Shown: piece after piece, positions 59,029 through 64,000 of the stretch
How the letters are laid out: each line of letters begins with the position of its first letter
Position numbering within the stretch: position 1 is the stretch's first letter
Notes under the pieces: generated by a model
Database searches by the model: none
What the model was told of the DNA's origin: nothing
Seen by the model: the letters and a program-made list of their open reading frames with translations, nothing else
Assembly: GCA_002722055.1 (NCBI GenBank)
Contig: PBKD01000011.1
Coordinates: 791 to 64,790, forward strand
Length of the DNA stretch: 64,000 nt
Direction of reading: 5' to 3'
From: Rhodospirillaceae bacterium
GTDB lineage: Bacteria; Pseudomonadota; Alphaproteobacteria; SHVP01
Program-made: the position numbers and the translations under genes

Positions 59029-60800
59029 GCTACGAAAAAATTTTAAAACTAAGAAAAGAAATGATTAATAACCATATTGATGGTTATATTGTACCACATA
59101 ATGATAATTTTTTTAATGAGTCACTGCCAGAAGCCAATAGGAGACTTGAATGGTTAACGTCATTTGATGGTTCTGCAGGAATTGCCCTGGTTTTAGCAGA
59201 GAAGGCATACATTTTTGTAGATGGACGTTATACAATCCAAGCCAAACAACAGATAGATTCAAAAATTTATGAAATTGTTCATCTAAAAGATAAAAATTTG
59301 TATGATATATTAAATTCAATAGAAAATAAAACAATTATCGGAATAGACTCAAAAATTCACTCAATATTAAATGTAGAACATCTAAATTTAAAAATACAAA
59401 ATAGTAATATTTCAATAAAGCAAGTTAAAGATAACCTTATAGATCTTATATGGGACGATAGGCCAAAGCTACCTTACAATGAAATAACTATTCATAATAT
59501 AGAATACTCAGGAGAAGAAACTAAAACTAAAATTGAAACAATATCTAAGTATATTGATTCTCATACAGGGGATACATTAATAATTACAGATTGTGAGTCT
59601 ATTTCATGGTTGCTTAATATTAGAGGATCAGACCTAGAATTTACCCCAATACCACTTTCAATAGTTATAATAAATAAATATAATAATATTCAATTTTTTA
59701 CTAATTCTAAATTAAATGCAAATATAAAGAAACATCTCGGAAATAATATAAAAATATTTAAATTAAATGCATTTGAAGAACAACTCAAATCAATTGGAAA
59801 AAGAAATGAAAAAGTTATAGTAGATAACGAAACATGCTCATATTGGATTTTTAAAAAACTTAAAGAATTTGGAGCAAAGCCTATAATCAAAAAAAATCTA
59901 TGCCTGAAACTTAAAGCATGCAAAAATAAAATAGAAGTTAATGGAATGAGAAAAGCCCATCTAAGAGATGCTAAATCACTAATTGAAACATTATACTGGA
60001 TAAAAAGTCATTACCCTGATGGTAATCTTGATGAGATAGAAGTATCTAGAAAACTTTTTAAAAGTCGAGAAAAAAATAAAAATTTTATTGGTTTAAGTTT
60101 TCCAACTATTGCTGGTACTGGTCCAAATGGTGCAATTGTACATTATCGGCCATCAAAATTGAATAATAGAGAAATAAAATATGGCGATCTTCTTCTTATG
60201 GACTCCGGAGCGCAATACTTCGAAGGGACAACTGACGTAACAAGAACTATAGCAATTGGAGAGCCTGATAAAGAGAAAAAAGTTAAGTTTACTAAGGTTT
60301 TAAAAGGACACATAAATTTGGCAACTGTAGTTTTTCCCTACGGAACTACCGGACATCAGTTAGATATCTTGGCTAGAAAATTTCTATGGGATGATGGGTT
60401 AGATTATGATCATGGAACAGGACATGGTGTTGGTTCATGTCTTAATGTTCATGAGGGACCACAAAGTATTTCAAAACGATCAAATAATGTTATATTAGAG
60501 GAAGGTATGATTATTTCAAATGAACCAGGTTTTTATAAAGAAGGTGAGTATGGAATAAGAATTGAAAATTTAATCTTAGTTAAAGAAAAATATATACCTA
60601 ACTCTAATATAAAGTTCTTAAATTTTGAAACTTTGACTCTCGCACCTATAGATTTAAGTCTAATTGACATAGATTTGCTAGAACAAAAAGAAATAAAATG
60701 GATAAATGAATATCATAGAAATGTCTATAAACAAGTATCAAGTTCTTTAAGCACCAAGGTTGCTGAATGGCTTAAAGAAGAGACTAAAGAAATTAGTTAA
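59025..60800 (+). CDS. Xaa-Pro aminopeptidase (M24B)
   Basis: DSG.QY..GTTD.TRT, HGTGHGVG..L.VHEGP, SNEPG.Y..G..GIRIEN. The ATG at 59025 overlaps the prmA stop (ATGA). Confidence 0.93.
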   Translation: MSYEKILKLRKEMINNHIDGYIVPHNDNFFNESLPEANRRLEWLTSFDGSAGIALVLAEKAYIFVDGRYTIQAKQQIDSKIYEIVHLKDKNLYDILNSIENKTIIGIDSKIHSILNVEHLNLKIQNSNISIKQVKDNLIDLIWDDRPKLPYNEITIHNIEYSGEETKTKIETISKYIDSHTGDTLIITDCESISWLLNIRGSDLEFTPIPLSIVIINKYNNIQFFTNSKLNANIKKHLGNNIKIFKLNAFEEQLKSIGKRNEKVIVDNETCSYWIFKKLKEFGAKPIIKKNLCLKLKACKNKIEVNGMRKAHLRDAKSLIETLYWIKSHYPDGNLDEIEVSRKLFKSREKNKNFIGLSFPTIAGTGPNGAIVHYRPSKLNNREIKYGDLLLMDSGAQYFEGTTDVTRTIAIGEPDKEKKVKFTKVLKGHINLATVVFPYGTTGHQLDILARKFLWDDGLDYDHGTGHGVGSCLNVHEGPQSISKRSNNVILEEGMIISNEPGFYKEGEYGIRIENLILVKEKYIPNSNIKFLNFETLTLAPIDLSLIDIDLLEQKEIKWINEYHRNVYKQVSSSLSTKVAEWLKEETKEIS

Positions 60801-62920
60801 TTAGAATTTAGTAAAATATTGAAATCTTCCTCGCTTAAAATTTTTATATTTAGTTGTCTAGCTTTACTCAATTTTGAACCTGATTTATTTCCAGCAATTA
60901 AATAATCTGTTTTAGGCGAAACTGAACTGCTAACTTTGGCTCCTAATTTTTCAAGTTTGATCTTTGCTTGACTTCTACTCATATTGTTTAGAGATCCAGT
61001 TAGAACAAAAACTTTATTATTCAAAAATGATTCTGTTATATCTATAAATCTATAAGAAATATCCAAATGATTTAATAATTCCTTTACTAGTTGAAAATTT
61101 TGCTTGTTATTAAAATACTTCACAACAGAATCTCCTATCTTTGGACCAACTCCATCAATTGAAATTAAATCTAAATAAGACTGATTCGCTTTTTCTGTAG
61201 CTGAAGAAATTTCATCAAGAAAAAAATTCATTTCTTTATAGTAGTTAGACAACAACTTTGCAATCTGAACACCTACATGCCTTATTCCTAAAGCGTAAAT
61301 AAGTCTATACATTTCAATTTTTCTAGATTTATTTATAGATTTATACAAATTAATTGCTGATTGCTTACCCCACCCAGAGAATTCTGATAGCTTGAATTTA
61401 TTTTGACTATCATTATTTTCTAATAAAAATATATCTTTGAAATCACCTATTAAACCTTCTTCCCAGAAAAATTTTATTTGTTTTTCTCCTAGTCCCTCAA
61501 TATTTAATGCATTTATAGAAACAAAATGATTTAATTTTTCTAAAGTTTGGGATGAACAATTAATACCCCCTGAACATCTTACTGTTTTTTCAAATTCTCC
61601 GTTGCTTAATAGCTCACTAAAAGTATCCGATCCACACTCAGGACAATTCTTAGGAAATATAAATTTTTTTGAATTTTTCTTCCTCTTTGATAAAATAACA
61701 TTTAAGACTTGTGGAATAACGTCACCTGCTCTCTGAACAACAACTGAGTCTCCTACTCTAATATCTTTCTTTTTAATTTCGTGGGAATTATGTAATGTGG
61801 CGTTAGTAATCAAAACACCTCCTACATTTATTGGCTTTAGTCTTGCAACTGGCGTTAGTGATCCTGTCCTTCCAACTTGTATATCAATATTATCAATAAC
61901 TGTTACTCCTTTTTCTGCAGGTAGTTTATGAGCTACTGCCCATCTAGGACTCCTAGTTCTAACACCAACCTTTTTTTGCAATTCTAATTCATTTAATTTA
62001 TAGACTACCCCGTCAATATCAAAATTTAGTGATGATCTAATTTCAATTATTTCATTATAATATTTGATTAATTCACCGGAATTTCTACAAAGCTTTGATG
62101 GTTCATTAAGAATAAACCCTAGTTCTTCTAATTTTTTTCTTGCCTCCCACTGAGTAGTGTTAAAATAATTGGATGAGGCACCCCATGTATATGCAAAAAA
62201 ATTAAGTTTTCTCTCTGCAGTTACTCTAGGATCTAACTGCCTTAAACTGCCAGATGCAGAATTCCTGGGATTGGAATATATAGGCTTACCATCTTCTTTT
62301 TGTAATTTATTTAATTTTATGAAGTCTTCATGATTCATGTAAACTTCACCTCTAATTTCCAATAATTCTGGATAATCATTTGACTTCAACTTTACAGGAA
62401 CTCCTTTAACAACTTTAATATTTTCAGTAATATCCTCACCCTCAAAGCCATTCCCTCTTGTCGATCCAATAAAAAGCTCTCCATCCTTATATAATATTGA
62501 AGCCGAGACTCCATCAATTTTTGGTTCTGCCACAATTTCAAGAGTATCTTGGTCATTGAAACCTAATATTTTATTCACTTGAGTTATATAATCATCTAAA
62601 TCTTTTTCATTAAAAATATTTGAGAGTGATAGCATTGGCTCTAAGTGTTTAACCTTTGTAAAACCGCTATCATAATTAGAACCTATGTATAAAGACGGAC
62701 TATTAGTCTGAACTAAGGAGGGAAATTTTTCTTCAATTAATTTATTTCTTCTCCAAAGATTATCATATTCAGAATCACTTATTTTTGAATTATTGTTGAT
62801 ATAGTAATCAATATTATATTTAGAAATTAAGTTGGCTAACCTTATAAGTTCTTCTTCAGCTTCTTTCTTGCTTAATTTATCTACTGGAGTGTTATAATTT
62901 TTTTTTTGACTAATATTCAT
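60797..62920 (-). CDS. ligA: NAD-dependent DNA ligase
   Basis: EPKIDG (KxDG), EIRGEVY, NPRNSASGSLRQ, QVGRTG, Zn-finger, HhH and BRCT domains. Confidence 0.98.
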   Translation of the reverse strand: MNISQKKNYNTPVDKLSKKEAEEELIRLANLISKYNIDYYINNNSKISDSEYDNLWRRNKLIEEKFPSLVQTNSPSLYIGSNYDSGFTKVKHLEPMLSLSNIFNEKDLDDYITQVNKILGFNDQDTLEIVAEPKIDGVSASILYKDGELFIGSTRGNGFEGEDITENIKVVKGVPVKLKSNDYPELLEIRGEVYMNHEDFIKLNKLQKEDGKPIYSNPRNSASGSLRQLDPRVTAERKLNFFAYTWGASSNYFNTTQWEARKKLEELGFILNEPSKLCRNSGELIKYYNEIIEIRSSLNFDIDGVVYKLNELELQKKVGVRTRSPRWAVAHKLPAEKGVTVIDNIDIQVGRTGSLTPVARLKPINVGGVLITNATLHNSHEIKKKDIRVGDSVVVQRAGDVIPQVLNVILSKRKKNSKKFIFPKNCPECGSDTFSELLSNGEFEKTVRCSGGINCSSQTLEKLNHFVSINALNIEGLGEKQIKFFWEEGLIGDFKDIFLLENNDSQNKFKLSEFSGWGKQSAINLYKSINKSRKIEMYRLIYALGIRHVGVQIAKLLSNYYKEMNFFLDEISSATEKANQSYLDLISIDGVGPKIGDSVVKYFNNKQNFQLVKELLNHLDISYRFIDITESFLNNKVFVLTGSLNNMSRSQAKIKLEKLGAKVSSSVSPKTDYLIAGNKSGSKLSKARQLNIKILSEEDFNILLNSN

Positions 62921-64000
62921 TGCTATTTACATCAAGAAGATTTGCAGCAGCAGCTCTAGCTTCTACAGTTATTTTTTTTCCAGATAACATTCTTGCAATT
63001 TCCTCCTGCCTTTCAGCATCACTTACTTCTTTTATATTAGTGAAGGTGAAATTATTTGAGGTTTTTTTTTCTATTTTTAAATGATATGAACCTTTTGCAG
63101 CAACTTGAGGAGAGTGCGTTATTGCGATGACTTGAAAATTTTTAGATAACTTTGACAATCTATCACCAACAGCATCTGCGGTAGAACCACCAATGCCTGA
63201 GTCAACTTCATCAAAAATAATGGCTTTACTTATGTTTTTTCTCTTTAAAATTACTTGAAGGGCAAGCATAATCCTACTCATCTCTCCTCCTGATGCAATT
63301 TGAGATAATGGCAAAAAAGGTATACCCTTATTAGTTGAAACCTCAAAGGTAACATGATCACGTCCCTCATAATTCCAATCTGAGCTATCTTTATCCTTAA
63401 TAGTTACCTTAAAAAAAGTATTCTCCAGCTTAAGTGGCTCAAATTCTTTAGCAATTTCAATTTCTAATTGCTTTGCAGCATTTTTTCTCTTCTTAGATAA
63501 TTGATTAGAAACATTAATATAATTTTCTTCACAAACATCAATTTTTTTCTTGAGGTTCAAAATTTCTTTTTTAATACCTTCTTGATTACTTATTTGCATA
63601 CTAAAATTATCTTTAACATTTATCAAGTCATCACATTTACAATTATGTTTTCTTGCTAAAGCACGTAATGAAAATAATCTATCTTCAATTTCTTCTAAAT
63701 TATTTGAGTTAGAGCTAATGCTATCCAATATATTTATAAAAGTTTGCTCTAATTCATTACCCTCTATTGAAAATTTTTCTATTTGATATAAAAAACTCTC
63801 ATCTATTTTACCTTTAAATTCGTCAAAAGAACGAGTCATAATCCTATCTAATTTACTAATTTTTGAATTTATCCCATCAGACCCATTAACTAAGAGAATA
63901 GCTTCATTCAATATTGATTGAATTTTATCTAAATTCTTCATGACAGATCTCTCTTGAACTAACTTTTGCTCTTCACCTATATATGTATTAAATTCTTCTA
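62910..64000 (-). CDS. recN: DNA repair protein RecN, 5'-truncated by the window edge
   Basis: The frame is open to the window end (GEEQKL.QER..MKN.DKI); ASGGE.SRIMLAL, FDEVDSGIGG, ITHSPQVAA, EIARMLSG. Confidence 0.96.
   Translation of the reverse strand, partial: EEFNTYIGEEQKLVQERSVMKNLDKIQSILNEAILLVNGSDGINSKISKLDRIMTRSFDEFKGKIDESFLYQIEKFSIEGNELEQTFINILDSISSNSNNLEEIEDRLFSLRALARKHNCKCDDLINVKDNFSMQISNQEGIKKEILNLKKKIDVCEENYINVSNQLSKKRKNAAKQLEIEIAKEFEPLKLENTFFKVTIKDKDSSDWNYEGRDHVTFEVSTNKGIPFLPLSQIASGGEMSRIMLALQVILKRKNISKAIIFDEVDSGIGGSTADAVGDRLSKLSKNFQVIAITHSPQVAAKGSYHLKIEKKTSNNFTFTNIKEVSDAERQEEIARMLSGKKITVEARAAAANLLDVNSNEY

Overview
AT-rich (roughly 30% GC by eye), densely packed chromosomal segment of a streamlined alphaproteobacterium. 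The assignment rests on a circularly permuted two-piece tmRNA next to sspB and the Alphaproteobacteria-type hflKC-DUF2065-degP-serB-miaA-ilvBNC gene order. It has three blocks. (1) About 1-14.8 kb is an orphan catabolic island: TPP-dependent E1 alpha/beta with a free-standing lipoyl domain and no E2 core or E3, an internally duplicated CMD/AhpD-fold protein lacking the CxxC, CoA ligase, acyl-CoA dehydrogenase, crotonase, an SCP2-type thiolase missing its acid/base Cys, an ATP-dependent hydantoinase/oxoprolinase A+B pair, DUF2889, a ureidoglycolate-lyase-family protein and an alpha/beta hydrolase. (2) About 14.9-29.3 kb is a nonulosonic-acid (legionaminic-type) glycosylation locus. Extras are a second NeuB with altered active-site motifs plus its own cytidylyltransferase, a radical SAM/SPASM enzyme, two 2OG-Fe(II) oxygenases, an FkbM methyltransferase and a TPR-fused Maf/sialyltransferase-like protein. 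(3) About 30.7-64 kb is core genome: mreBCD-mrdA-rodA, leuA, ilvBNC, miaA, serB, degP, hflKC, mrp, thyX, ssrA, sspB, a second ALS, D-LDH, ClC, uvrD, prmA, pepP, ligA and partial recN. No CRISPR array, tRNA, rRNA, transposase, integrase or phage gene was seen. All family calls come from motif recognition by eye; no database search was run.
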